Assembly (NCBI GenBank): GCA_026706425.1
Contig: JAPOYW010000327.1
Location: 1 to 50,554 of the forward strand
From: Gammaproteobacteria bacterium
GTDB taxonomy: Bacteria > Pseudomonadota > Gammaproteobacteria > Pseudomonadales > Azotimanducaceae
Direction of reading: 5' to 3'
DNA: 50,554 nt
The notes beneath the pieces are model-generated. The model was not told where the DNA came from. It saw nothing but the letters and a program-made list of their open reading frames with translations, and did no database searches. Each line of letters starts with the position of its first letter. Within the stretch, counting starts at the first letter, position 1. Shown one piece after another: positions 20,001-28,309 of this stretch. The translations under genes were made by a program, and so were the position numbers.

Positions 20001-20946
20001 CGGCGTTGCCGGTTAGGACAATGTACTTGGCGTCGACCGTGCCGCCGAAGAACTCGACGCCGTCATCCAGGTTGCTGTGGACCTGCACGTACTCCACGGT
20101 AGTGGCGTCGCCGACACCGTGGAAAGCGATGCCGTTCCGCTGGTTCTCCGGATCTACGTTCGAACCGGCGAACCGCACACTGACGTAGCGCAGAACGCCC
20201 GAGTTGTCGTTGGCATTGTCGCCGCCGAAGAGACCGGAGTTGGCCTCGCCCTCCTTGGTGCAGTCGGCCGTGCCGCCGGACGCGCCCTCGGGGCAGTCGT
20301 TGATCGGCGCATAGCCGTTGATGACGAGCCCCCCCCAGAGGCCACGGTCGTTGTCTTCCGCGTCGCCATCGACCTCGGCGCGGGCCGTGAACACGATCGG
20401 CTGGTCAGCGGTGCCGTCCGCCATCAGCGCACAGCCCTGCTCGATGATCAGGAAGTCGGTGCTGGAACCGCCGGCGATCACCGCGCCGGGTGCCATGTCG
20501 AGTTGGCATTCCGGCAATCCGCCACCGCTGCTCACAGCGGCGCCATCGGGCGCGGTAATGCGGGCGGCCCCGCCTGCGATCTCGAAGATGACATCGTTGC
20601 CGAGCACCAAGCCCGCGGGATCCAAGGCCGACGTGTCGCTGACATCGATCGTGTAGATCGGCTTGTTGCCGAATGCCGCACCGGCGGACTCGCCGGAGTT
20701 CGAGATCACGTCCTCGAGAGCGCTCGGGATCACTGTCGCGACGGTCGTCTCATCGACCGGATCCTGACTCCCGCTGTCGTCGTCGTCGCCGTCGTCGTCT
20801 TCATCATCATCGTCACCGCCGACATGGACCGGCACTTCCACGATGACCGAACCGGGTGATGCGTTTTCGGACGACCCGCCACATGCGGCGAGGACCAAGG
20901 CGACGCACGCCGGCGCGCCCAGCCTGAGCAGATTAGTGAGGTTCAT
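17059..20946 (-). CDS. Large lipoprotein (1295 aa) made of three tandem modules of about 400 aa; family not recognised
   Basis: The ATG at 20946 gives MNLTNLLRLGAPACVALVLAACGG, a lipobox LAAC. This is followed by a poly-Asp tract and then three copies of ...WGGLVINGxAPINDCPxGAxGGTxxCTKEGEANSGLFGG...NGxxFxxVGDxTxVxYxxVxxNLDDGxExFGGTVxAxxxVLxGNADDSLDWTDGWTGxIQY...EADNRE...LRLRRGTG.... The stop codon is 19 nt upstream of the TBDR start. Confidence 0.85.
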   Translation of the reverse strand: MNLTNLLRLGAPACVALVLAACGGSSENASPGSVIVEVPVHVGGDDDDEDDDGDDDDSGSQDPVDETTVATVIPSALEDVISNSGESAGAAFGNKPIYTIDVSDTSALDPAGLVLGNDVIFEIAGGAARITAPDGAAVSSGGGLPECQLDMAPGAVIAGGSSTDFLIIEQGCALMADGTADQPIVFTARAEVDGDAEDNDRGLWGGLVINGYAPINDCPEGASGGTADCTKEGEANSGLFGGDNANDNSGVLRYVSVRFAGSNVDPENQRNGIAFHGVGDATTVEYVQVHSNLDDGVEFFGGTVDAKYIVLTGNADDSLDWTDGWTGRIQYLYIEQTDSADNAIEADNREGDEGAMPRSNPSIANMTVLGKPDENALRLRRGTGLALSNSFVGGSATCIRVDGTSRDLLGTDLTIEGVSFACAQTNRNDDDGAVAAYLASATNVSVNGDGVDPVSLGDSFFDAVDFIGAFGTEDWSAGWTYAGSVSGASQPDFGCPDGTTVSSRTLTGKRVCQLNGTINQDLLLTSNNLYELVGKVVIGGDNEASAMLTVQAGTTIFGGTAVDFLVISRGSQIVANGSRTAPITLTSQSDLEGSVDIETTRGEWGGLVINGNAPINDCPEGATGGTTACTKEGEANSGLFGGADPNDSSGTLSYVVVKYAGANVDPENQLNGVSFQAVGDGTVVDYIQVHNNLDDGIEFFGGTVNAKHVVLTGNADDSLDWTDGWTGSIQYLVIDQAADAGDNGIEADNREGDENATPRSRPKIANMTITGHPGERAIRLRRGTGLELYSSVVQDSERCLRIQGESLNLLGGGITFEGLSFDCDTVVEGDDVSAINNLLGASSNVSTTGQSVRAADLSAMSFFDATDFIGAVESNDEDWTTGWTVAMPSATADFACPDGTAQISEVGGRRTCQISGTISGALALTRSNYYILDGKVTVGGDNADSGTLHIESGTTIIGDNPTDFLVIARGSQILANGTKNAPITLTAADDVDGDIANPETTRGLWGGLVINGNAPINDCPQGATGGTAECTKEGEANSGLFGGGDPNDSSGRLHYVVVKFAGSNVDPENQLNGIAFQGVGDGTEVDYIEVYNNLDDGIELFGGTVNANHVVLIGNADDSLDWTDGWTGSIQYLHIEQTQGAGDQLIEADNREQAEQATPISEPTIANATMVGNSTDRALRLRRGTGVHLYNTLVSGSAQCVRVDGESVNLLNTRITFQGVGLDCSTVNDARDDPDTAQDEVQLVQDFLDRSTNVTQDGTTPNPVALPAGLDPAGDTVIGSDIANWGSGWTVGVTQ
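17062..20667 (-). repeat. Three in-frame tandem coding modules, period about 1200 nt (roughly 19495..20667, 18292..19494 and 17062..18291)
   Basis: The WGGLVING motif recurs at residues 225, 625 and 1026 of the 1316-aa ORF. The cores of modules 2 and 3 are about 80% identical by eye. Stretches such as ccgtcggtccagtccag recur at the DNA level. Confidence 0.8.
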
Positions 20947-21110
20947 GTGCCCCCAAGAGGTACCGCATGCGCGACAGACCGCGTGACCCGGTCGAAGGAC
21001 GCACAGCACGCCTGCATCGACGGGAAGTAGAACCTACCGGCGGACCATGAACGTACGGTTACAAAACCGTTTTGTTATTGTGACAGCGCCTTAAGGCAAG
21101 ACGACGCGCG

Positions 21111-22373
21111 TTGCGGAAATACTGGCGCTTCTACTGGCCGCTCGCCCTGACCGGCGTCGCGATGGTGCTCGCGGTCCAGTTCCAGAACGGCGCGCTGGCG
21201 CGCTACCCGAACGCGGTCACCGAACTCGCCGTGTTCGCCTTGGCTTCCAGCACGTTCGGGTTCCTCAACGCGGGGCTCAACTTTGCCCCCCAACTCTCCA
21301 ACGTGTTCGCCCGCAGCCCTCACGGCAAGCGGCTGAGTCACGGGTTCATCGCCGTGTGGAGCCTGGTCCTGACCATCCCCCTGGCCCTGATTGCAACGAC
21401 GCCGGGCGGGGCGGCCGGCGTCGCGCTCGCGTACGGAATCGACGCGCCATTGACCGAGCGGGTAATCGAGTACCTGCTCTACATGCTGCCGCTGTTGTTC
21501 ATCACCGCGCAGCGGATGTTCTACACGGGGCTCCTGGTGCAGGCGCAACTGACAGGCTGGGTCACCGCGCTGAACGCGGTGTTCCTCGCGGCAGCCGTCA
21601 TCGCTCTCGTGACCGGCTTCGCGATCGGGTTGGAACCTGTGCTCACCGTTGTCGGTGCGCAGACCATCGCCGGCGTCCTGCATTGGGGCCTCACCGCGCT
21701 GGTGTACCGCACCCGTTATCGGTGGCCCGTGACCCTCGAGCACGAGACCCTCCGCGTTGCCGAACTGCTGCGCTTCTTCCTGCCGATGACCGCCACCGGC
21801 GTGATGTTCGCGATCAGCCGACCCGTGCTCTACGCCTTCGTCAGCCGCATGCCCGATGGCATCGCCAGCATCGCCGCGCTACGCGTCGCCTTCGATTTCA
21901 GCACGATGTTCCAGCAGGCGGCGAACCAGTTCCGGCATTTCTTCGTGACTTTCGGTTTGGACGACATCGAGACCAAGCGGCGGTTCATGGCGCTCGTTGG
22001 CGCCGGGTTGACCGCCATCATGCTCGGCATCACGTTGACACCCCTGTCGCTGTGGATCCTAGGCGGCTTGCTCGGCATCCAAGGCCAGGTGCTGGACCAC
22101 GCCACCGAGGTCCTGCTGGTGATGTGTCTCATGCCCGTCGTGATCATCGCGCGGAACTACTTCCACGGCACGCTGATGGTCAAGCGCCGCACCGGCAGCA
22201 TGGCCATCGGCGGCGTGATGCGGGTGCTGGCCATCGCCGTTCTCGCGCAAGCGGCGTTCGCCGCAGGGTGGCTCGACCATGTCGTCGCTGCCGTCATTCT
22301 CCTGCTCGGCTTCGTTGCCGAGACGGTGGTCGTCCTCGTGGGACACACGCGGCTGAAAACGCGAGCCGTCTGA
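21111..22373 (+). CDS. Polytopic membrane protein (about 12 TM), MATE/MOP-superfamily-like
   Basis: 420 aa, hydrophobic throughout, with regularly spaced helices (YWPLALTGVAMVLAVQF, LAVFALASSTFGFL, IAVWSLVLTIPLALI and others). TTG start. The family assignment rests only on overall architecture. Confidence 0.65.
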   Translation: MRKYWRFYWPLALTGVAMVLAVQFQNGALARYPNAVTELAVFALASSTFGFLNAGLNFAPQLSNVFARSPHGKRLSHGFIAVWSLVLTIPLALIATTPGGAAGVALAYGIDAPLTERVIEYLLYMLPLLFITAQRMFYTGLLVQAQLTGWVTALNAVFLAAAVIALVTGFAIGLEPVLTVVGAQTIAGVLHWGLTALVYRTRYRWPVTLEHETLRVAELLRFFLPMTATGVMFAISRPVLYAFVSRMPDGIASIAALRVAFDFSTMFQQAANQFRHFFVTFGLDDIETKRRFMALVGAGLTAIMLGITLTPLSLWILGGLLGIQGQVLDHATEVLLVMCLMPVVIIARNYFHGTLMVKRRTGSMAIGGVMRVLAIAVLAQAAFAAGWLDHVVAAVILLLGFVAETVVVLVGHTRLKTRAV

Positions 22374-22647
22374 CGTCCGCGTAGCAAGCGGGAGACCCTC
22401 GCACACACGCGTACGCGCCGCTCGTACACCCTTGCTCCGTTGACACAGGTACGCCTTAACTCCATGATTAACCCGACATTTTGCAGACGATCGACTGCGT
22501 CGTCAGAGCGACGCAAGTCCCTACGGGCGACGATTGAAACGATGCAATCACCAGCAGGCCACAGGCGAGAGACCTCGGATCGCAGCGCGCGGCGCGCCCG
22601 TGACACCTGCCGAGCCGGCCGCCACCCATGAGGTCGAGGACAAGTCT

Positions 22648-23235
22648 ATGGAGACAGATGAACTCGTAGCGTTGTTGCGGCGCGACACCGAGGGCGTCAA
22701 CCAACGCATATCTGATCTGGATGCCCATATGGGCGAGCGAATCGACCACGTCGACAAGCGGATCGATGACCTCGGCACGCGTCTTGGCGAAAGGATCGAC
22801 GACGCCAACAGGCGGATCGACGACTTGGGCACCCACCTCGGCGAGCGCCTCGACGACACCAACGCCCGGCTCGATAGGTTCGACAGTCGGTTCGAGCAGG
22901 TGGACAAGCGGTTCGAGCAGGTCGACAAGCGGTTCGAGCAGGTCGACAAGCGGTTCGAGCAGGTCGACAAGCGGTTCGAGCAGGTCGACAAGCGGTTCGA
23001 GCAGGTCGACAAGCGGTTCGAGCAGGTCGACAAGCGGTTCGACGAACAGGCCTCCTATCTACGAGCCTTCGAGCAACGCATGTTCGACCACATCCAATCC
23101 GTGCAGACCGAACTCGGCCGCCGGATTGACGCGGCGCAGCAATTCAAACTCCAAGGCATCGCGCTGGTCGTCGCCCTCACTGCGACCTCCGCAATCGTCG
23201 GAACTTTCGCACTCCAACTGGTTGCGACGTTGTAG
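22648..23235 (+). CDS. Tail-anchored coiled-coil repeat protein (195 aa)
   Basis: The ATG at 22648 is preceded by GAGGA 7 nt upstream. Degenerate 11-residue repeats (ERIDHVDKRIDDLGTRLGERIDDANRRIDDLGTHLGERLDD) are followed by seven copies of FEQVDKR. The protein ends in a single TM helix (GIALVVALTATSAIVGTFALQLVATL). Confidence 0.75.
   Translation: METDELVALLRRDTEGVNQRISDLDAHMGERIDHVDKRIDDLGTRLGERIDDANRRIDDLGTHLGERLDDTNARLDRFDSRFEQVDKRFEQVDKRFEQVDKRFEQVDKRFEQVDKRFEQVDKRFEQVDKRFDEQASYLRAFEQRMFDHIQSVQTELGRRIDAAQQFKLQGIALVVALTATSAIVGTFALQLVATL
22891..23037 (+). repeat. Seven tandem copies of the 21-bp unit TTCGAGCAGGTCGACAAGCGG
   Basis: Read directly from the sequence. Copies 2 to 7 are identical, and copy 1 differs by one synonymous base (gtG). 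The array is in frame and encodes the heptad FEQVDKR. Confidence 0.95.
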
Positions 23236-23257
23236 CGGGCCTGGGCCCGGTCAACCG

Positions 23258-25744
23258 CTACAGCCTGTAGTTCAACTGCACCCCGAACGTGCGCGGTCGA
23301 CCGAACCGGTAGCCCACCTGGTTGAGTTCGTAGACCACGGTTTCGTCGAACAAGTTGCGGATGTAGGCACCGACCTGCCAGTCGTCCCGTCCCAGCAGTA
23401 GCTTAGCGTCGAAGGTCTCGTACGCGGGCGCCGGGCGCTCGTTGTTGGCGGTGTTCCAGGACTCCGCGATCATGTAGCCGTCCAGGCGCGCTTGGGCGTT
23501 GTAGCCGGCCAGGACGAAGTCGTACATCAACGCGGCGTAGCCGCTGTACTCGGGCGCGTTGGCCAAGCGGTTCCCCGGCTCGATGGCCACGCCCCCGTAG
23601 CGCCCCCGGCCGGCAGCCCCGATCACGGCCTCCCAGTTCCAGTCGCCGCCGAAGTTGAGGCGCAGATTGTCCGTCAACACCGTGCGGATCTCGAAGTCCA
23701 TCCCCTGGCTCTCCGCCGTGCCGCCGTTGATGTTGTAGTTGAACGGCAATGGCGATACGCCCGGAACGTCCGGAATCTCGTCGCTGACGCTGATGATCGT
23801 GTCCTTCCAATCGAGTTGGTAGAGAGAACCGACGAAGCTGACGCGACCGTCGGCGACGGTGGCCTTGATGCCCAGCTCGTAGTTGACGACGGAGTCGCCA
23901 TCGACCTCCTGCAGGTCGTTCAAGTTCTGGTAGTACTGCTCGGCTGCCGGGTTGCCAGCGCGCACCGCATCCAGTTCGGCGATCCGCGTGGCGAGCCCCG
24001 TGTTGATGATCCCCGGCCGGAACCCGGACGAATACGTGCCGTAGATCATCAAGTCGGTCCTCGGGCGCCAAGTGAGGGTGACTTTCGGCGACAGGAACCG
24101 GCTCGGCGTGGAGAGTGACCTGTCGGGGTTGTCGCGAGAATCGCTGCCGGGCGGGGCGAGGTCCAGGTCGTACTGGACGCGTGCCGAACGCGCGCCGACG
24201 AGTAGCTCCCACTGTTCGTTGAAGCGGTACGAGACCTCGCCGAAGAGCGACTCCTCGCCGAATGTGCGGAAGTTGGTGGTGCCCGGGTAGATCGCCGTGT
24301 TCAGCCAGAGGACGATGGCCTGTTGCGTGGCCAAGGGCACATTGTCGTAGAACGAATACTGCAACGCGCAGTGCGTATCGATGCCGGCGTAGAGTGGCGA
24401 CCCGCCCTCGTGGCACGCGCTGTGGCGCGTGCCCTGGGATTCGTCGTCCTTGTAGTAGCCGCCAACCGTCCATTGCCACGGTCCATCCGTATTGGATACC
24501 AGCCGAAGCTCCTGAACGAAGCGCTCGGTCGCTCGGTAGAAGATGCCGTCGCCACCGAGGCTCGCCAACGTGTTGGGCCCGCACCCGGGGACGGCCCCGA
24601 AACATGCCGCTCCATTGACCAGACCCCGCAGCCCGGCCGAGAACCTGGGGCTCGTTTCCTCGGAGTAGTCCGTCTGGCGGTCGAAGTACGACGTGGAGGC
24701 GGTCAGGTCGGCGAAGGCCAGTTCCCACTCGATGTTGAAGTTGTACATCGCCTGGTCGTCCCAGCCGCCGCTCGTGTGGGTCGGGTGCGCCAAGTGCGTG
24801 ACGTACGGATCGCGGCCGAACTGGTCGAACTGGCCCGCGCAGGTCGTGCCGGGCAGGTCGTACTCGGGGAACTGGCCACCCGGGTCCGACGGCGTCGACT
24901 CGGTGAAGCAGTGGTAGCCGAGGCCGGGGCCACCGTAGTCGCCGTTGATGATGTTGACCATCGCGGACACCTCGACGGTGTCGCTCGGGAACCAGGCCAC
25001 CTTGATGCGTGCGCCGTCCTCGAGGAACGTGTCCACGTCTTTCTCGTTGCGGGGCGCGACCTGGTCGAGAATCCCCACTCTGTCGCGGCGGTACGCGACC
25101 AAGCGCGCTGCGAGGCGGTCGCCCAGCGGGATGTTCACCATGGCGTCGGCGCGGTACGAGAGGCCGTCGGATTCGCCGATGTCCTCGACGTTGGTCTGGA
25201 ACGAGTAGTCGAAGCCGCTCGGGTCGGGTTTCTTGGTGATGTAGCGGATCGAGCCGCCGAGGTTGCCTTCGCCGTACAGCGTGCCTTGCGGACCCTTGAG
25301 GACCTCGACGCGTTCCATGTCGAACAATGCGCCCAAGGTCTGCGACAGCCCGCCGGTATTGCTGTCCGTCATCGGCAGGTTGTCCGTGTAGACGCCGACC
25401 ATGGCGCCGCCGCCACCGGACGGTGGGGTCAGTCCCCGAACCGACAGCGTGTTGTAGGTCTGCGAGTTGGTGCGGTACGCCAAGCCGGGGATCGACTGGT
25501 AGAGCGTCTGGATGTCCTCGATACCCTTGGCGACGATCTCGGCGTCGGTGACCGCCGAGATGGTCAGGGGGGTATTCATCAGTCGGGTGTCGCGGTAGGT
25601 CGCCGAGACGATGATCTCCTCGATGTCCTCGCCCTGTGTTTCTTCCTGGCCCTCGTCGTCCTGCGCGAGCGCGGGCGCCGTTCCGAGCAGGAGAGCGCCG
25701 GCCAAAGCCGAGGTTAGCGAGCGAAGCGGAAACGGTGTGGTCAT
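23258..25744 (-). CDS. TonB-dependent receptor (828 aa)
   Basis: Signal peptide MTTPFPLRSLTSALAGALLLGTAPALAQ, then IEEIIVSATYR. Plug motifs are TISAVTDAEIVAKGIEDIQTLYQSIPGL, LSVRGL and MERVEVLKGPQGTLYGEGNLGGSIRYITKKP. The protein ends FGVQLNYRL. Confidence 0.9.
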   Translation of the reverse strand: MTTPFPLRSLTSALAGALLLGTAPALAQDDEGQEETQGEDIEEIIVSATYRDTRLMNTPLTISAVTDAEIVAKGIEDIQTLYQSIPGLAYRTNSQTYNTLSVRGLTPPSGGGGAMVGVYTDNLPMTDSNTGGLSQTLGALFDMERVEVLKGPQGTLYGEGNLGGSIRYITKKPDPSGFDYSFQTNVEDIGESDGLSYRADAMVNIPLGDRLAARLVAYRRDRVGILDQVAPRNEKDVDTFLEDGARIKVAWFPSDTVEVSAMVNIINGDYGGPGLGYHCFTESTPSDPGGQFPEYDLPGTTCAGQFDQFGRDPYVTHLAHPTHTSGGWDDQAMYNFNIEWELAFADLTASTSYFDRQTDYSEETSPRFSAGLRGLVNGAACFGAVPGCGPNTLASLGGDGIFYRATERFVQELRLVSNTDGPWQWTVGGYYKDDESQGTRHSACHEGGSPLYAGIDTHCALQYSFYDNVPLATQQAIVLWLNTAIYPGTTNFRTFGEESLFGEVSYRFNEQWELLVGARSARVQYDLDLAPPGSDSRDNPDRSLSTPSRFLSPKVTLTWRPRTDLMIYGTYSSGFRPGIINTGLATRIAELDAVRAGNPAAEQYYQNLNDLQEVDGDSVVNYELGIKATVADGRVSFVGSLYQLDWKDTIISVSDEIPDVPGVSPLPFNYNINGGTAESQGMDFEIRTVLTDNLRLNFGGDWNWEAVIGAAGRGRYGGVAIEPGNRLANAPEYSGYAALMYDFVLAGYNAQARLDGYMIAESWNTANNERPAPAYETFDAKLLLGRDDWQVGAYIRNLFDETVVYELNQVGYRFGRPRTFGVQLNYRL

Positions 25745-25814
25745 GTGTACTACTCCTGCGTTGCCATTGCTGGCAATTGACGTCTACGAGGCGACAGCCA
25801 TTGCCTTTGTCCGC

Positions 25815-26729
25815 CTAGGACTGCCAGCTATTGCGACCCGTGCGCAGCGTCTTGGCCCCATCGGCCTTGTAGCCGCCGTTCTTCTGGTCGAGGAAGGCCG
25901 GGCCCTCCTCCATCCACCCCATGTGTTCGTTGAGTCCCGCCAACTGGCGGAATACCGCGTTGTTGCCGTGCCGGTCGATCACGTCCTGCGGCAAGGCGTC
26001 GCCATAGCGCTCCTGCACTTTCCAGTACGGGCGGGCGTGGTACACGGCCAAGTTCAGCCGTAGCCCCGGGATCCGGCGCGGGTAGCTGCCGTGCCACATG
26101 TTGCCGTGCCAGATCACCGCGTCCCCGGCGCGAATCTCCATGGCTTGCGCGTTCGGATTCGCAGCCGGGCCGTCCAGGAAAATCTCCGAGGGTTCGGGGT
26201 TGCGCGCCCACTTGTGGCTTCCCGGCACGATCGCGAGGCACCCGCCTTCCTTGGAATAGTCGGTCAGCGCGTAGTTGATGTTCGCCACCTGCGAATACGG
26301 CGGGAGCGGCGCCGGCATGCCGGTGTCCGTGTGCAGCGGAAGCTGGCCGCCGTCGCCCGGCCCCTTGAAGTGGCAGGTCATGGACGAAAGCTGGGCGCTC
26401 TTGCCGAGCAGGTAGTGCATCAGCGCGACCGAAGTCTCGTTGAGGAGGATGTCCTGAAAGACCGGATGGCGCGGCATCAGGTAGGGAATGAGGCGCCAGT
26501 CTGGATGCGAATCGCCCTTCTCGAAGTCCGGCTCGACGCCCGTCTGGCGCTCGCAGATGTCCGCCAGGGCCTGCCGCGCCGTGGACGTCGTGTCGTCGTC
26601 AAGAATGCCTTCGAGGACGGTGAATCCGTAGGCGTCGAGCTCTAAGACCCGCTTCTCGAGCCCGAGCCGCTCGATCTCGGCCATGACGTCGTTGAGATCC
26701 TCGCACGCGGCGTAGTGGTGACTGTGCAT
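25815..26729 (-). CDS. Phytanoyl-CoA dioxygenase (PhyH) family Fe(II)/2-oxoglutarate oxygenase
   Basis: The HxD motif is in LPLHTDTG and the distal His is in VIWHGNMWHGSYPRR. Size and layout are typical of PhyH proteins. The gene lies 70 nt upstream of the TBDR on the same strand. Confidence 0.8.
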   Translation of the reverse strand: MHSHHYAACEDLNDVMAEIERLGLEKRVLELDAYGFTVLEGILDDDTTSTARQALADICERQTGVEPDFEKGDSHPDWRLIPYLMPRHPVFQDILLNETSVALMHYLLGKSAQLSSMTCHFKGPGDGGQLPLHTDTGMPAPLPPYSQVANINYALTDYSKEGGCLAIVPGSHKWARNPEPSEIFLDGPAANPNAQAMEIRAGDAVIWHGNMWHGSYPRRIPGLRLNLAVYHARPYWKVQERYGDALPQDVIDRHGNNAVFRQLAGLNEHMGWMEEGPAFLDQKNGGYKADGAKTLRTGRNSWQS

Positions 26730-26771
26730 CTCGCCTCCCTCAAGATGAACACCGCGAGACTATCACAGGGG

Positions 26772-28218
26772 TCAGGACACGGCCCGACGTTGCTGCAATT
26801 GCTCGACAATCGCCCTGTGTCGCTTGCGGGTGATGCGATAGCGCAGGTAGAACAGCAGGGCCAACAGCGAGAATACCGACGTGGCTGGGCCAGCGATCAG
26901 GCCCAGGTTCCAGACAGTCTCCGCTGGCACCTCGCCGCGCGTCGCGTTTCCGGGAAGTCGATCGCGGACAGCAGGATGCCGCCGAATAGAGTGCCGAAAG
27001 CCGCCGTGGCCTTGTTGGAGAACGCTCGGACCGCATAGAGCACGCCTTCGCGGCGGATACCCGTCTCCAATTCGTGCTCGTCGGCGACATCGGCGAGCAT
27101 GGAATTCTGGTTCGCGCCGATGATGGGCGCGGAGAGCGCACCGACCGTGGAGGCGCCAAGGAAGATCCACAACACCCAGATCGACTCGTTGCTGGGGTAC
27201 CAGGGCACATCCGATAGCCGCAGCACGATGGGCGTGTTCGCAGCCGTGATCCAGCAGGCGAGCGGGACCATCACGGCCATGCGCTTGTCGAGCAGGCGTG
27301 TCAAGGCCGGCGTGAGTACGAAGGCGACGGGAAACGAGACGAGACCTACTATCCCAAATAGGACAAGTCTTCGGTCGTGAAGCCCCAGAAGTGCACGCCC
27401 ACGAATGGCGTAAACGCGGACTCCACGCCGCCGACGATGGATCCAAGGACGATGGCCGCGAAGAGTGCCCGGAACGACCGGTTCGTGAGCACCGCGCCCA
27501 TCTCCTTGAACACCGTGAGCACGCCGAACCGTTCGCGGTTCTGCGTCTCACGTAGATGCGGAATCTCCCGCGCGGTCCCCAGTACGCACAGCACGATCGC
27601 GAGCGCCATAACGACGGTGAAGTGCAGCGACAACAACGGGTAGCGCCCGGCGTTCAGGAGCCCCGGGTCGAAATCGTCCGTGGTCGGGAAGTAGTAGCGC
27701 ATGATCAGGCCGTAGGACACCGCCACGGACATCGCCCCGATGAAGGCCGAGTACGCGAACAGGGTGGAGCGCTGGTCGTAGTCGTGCGCCATCTCGGCAC
27801 CTAGCGCCAGGTGCGGGATGTTGTAGAACGTATAGGACGCCCGGACGAGGACGCCGAAAACCATCAGCCAAAGGAAGTTGCCGAGTTCCGAGAGTCCCTC
27901 GGGCGGGTTGAAAAGCGCGATGAAAGTCGCGGCCAGCGGCACGGATGCGGCTAGCAGCATCGGATGACGGCGACCCCAACGAGTGCGGATGCGGTCCGAC
28001 CAAGTCCCGATGAGCGGGTCGGTTACAGCGTCGATCATCACTGCGATGGCTATGGCGAGACCGACGAGCGCGGCCTCCACCCCGATGACCTGCTGGTAGT
28101 AGAAGAGCAGCAGAACACCCCAAGCCATGTTCTTGAACGCGCCCGATGCCTCGCCGATGCCAAAGGCCAGCATCGTGGCAACGCTCAAACGGCGTTGTGC
28201 CAAAGCCAAGCCCACCAA
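26772..28218 (-). pseudogene. GPH-family (MelB-like) MFS cation symporter with two frameshifts
   Basis: The GPH signature is DAVTDPLIGTWSDRIRTRWGRRHPMLLAA. The reading frame changes near 27352..27372 (EDLSYLG* continues as LFGIVGLVSFPVAFVLTPALTRLLDKR). It changes again near 26948..26956 (SAIDFP continues as GNATRGEVPAETVWNLGLIAGPATS), at a cccgg run. Confidence 0.75.
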
Positions 28219-28309
28219 GGATCCCTTACGAACGCAAACGATACGCGAAGATGTACGGTTGGCGGCCAGCCCCGCGCACGACTGCCGCTGCCGGGCTGCA
28301 GCCCCTCGA

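Noticed and set aside
22891-23037. Whether the seven 21-bp repeats could be a CRISPR array.
   Set aside because: The repeats are directly abutting with no spacers. They are in frame within a coding sequence and encode a coiled-coil heptad. No cas genes are present.
23232-23261. A short inverted repeat GTAGCGG..CCGCTAC spans the two convergent stop codons of the coiled-coil gene and the TBDR, as a possible bidirectional terminator.
   Set aside because: The stem is only 7 bp with a 16-nt interior and no flanking T or A tracts. This is too weak to call.
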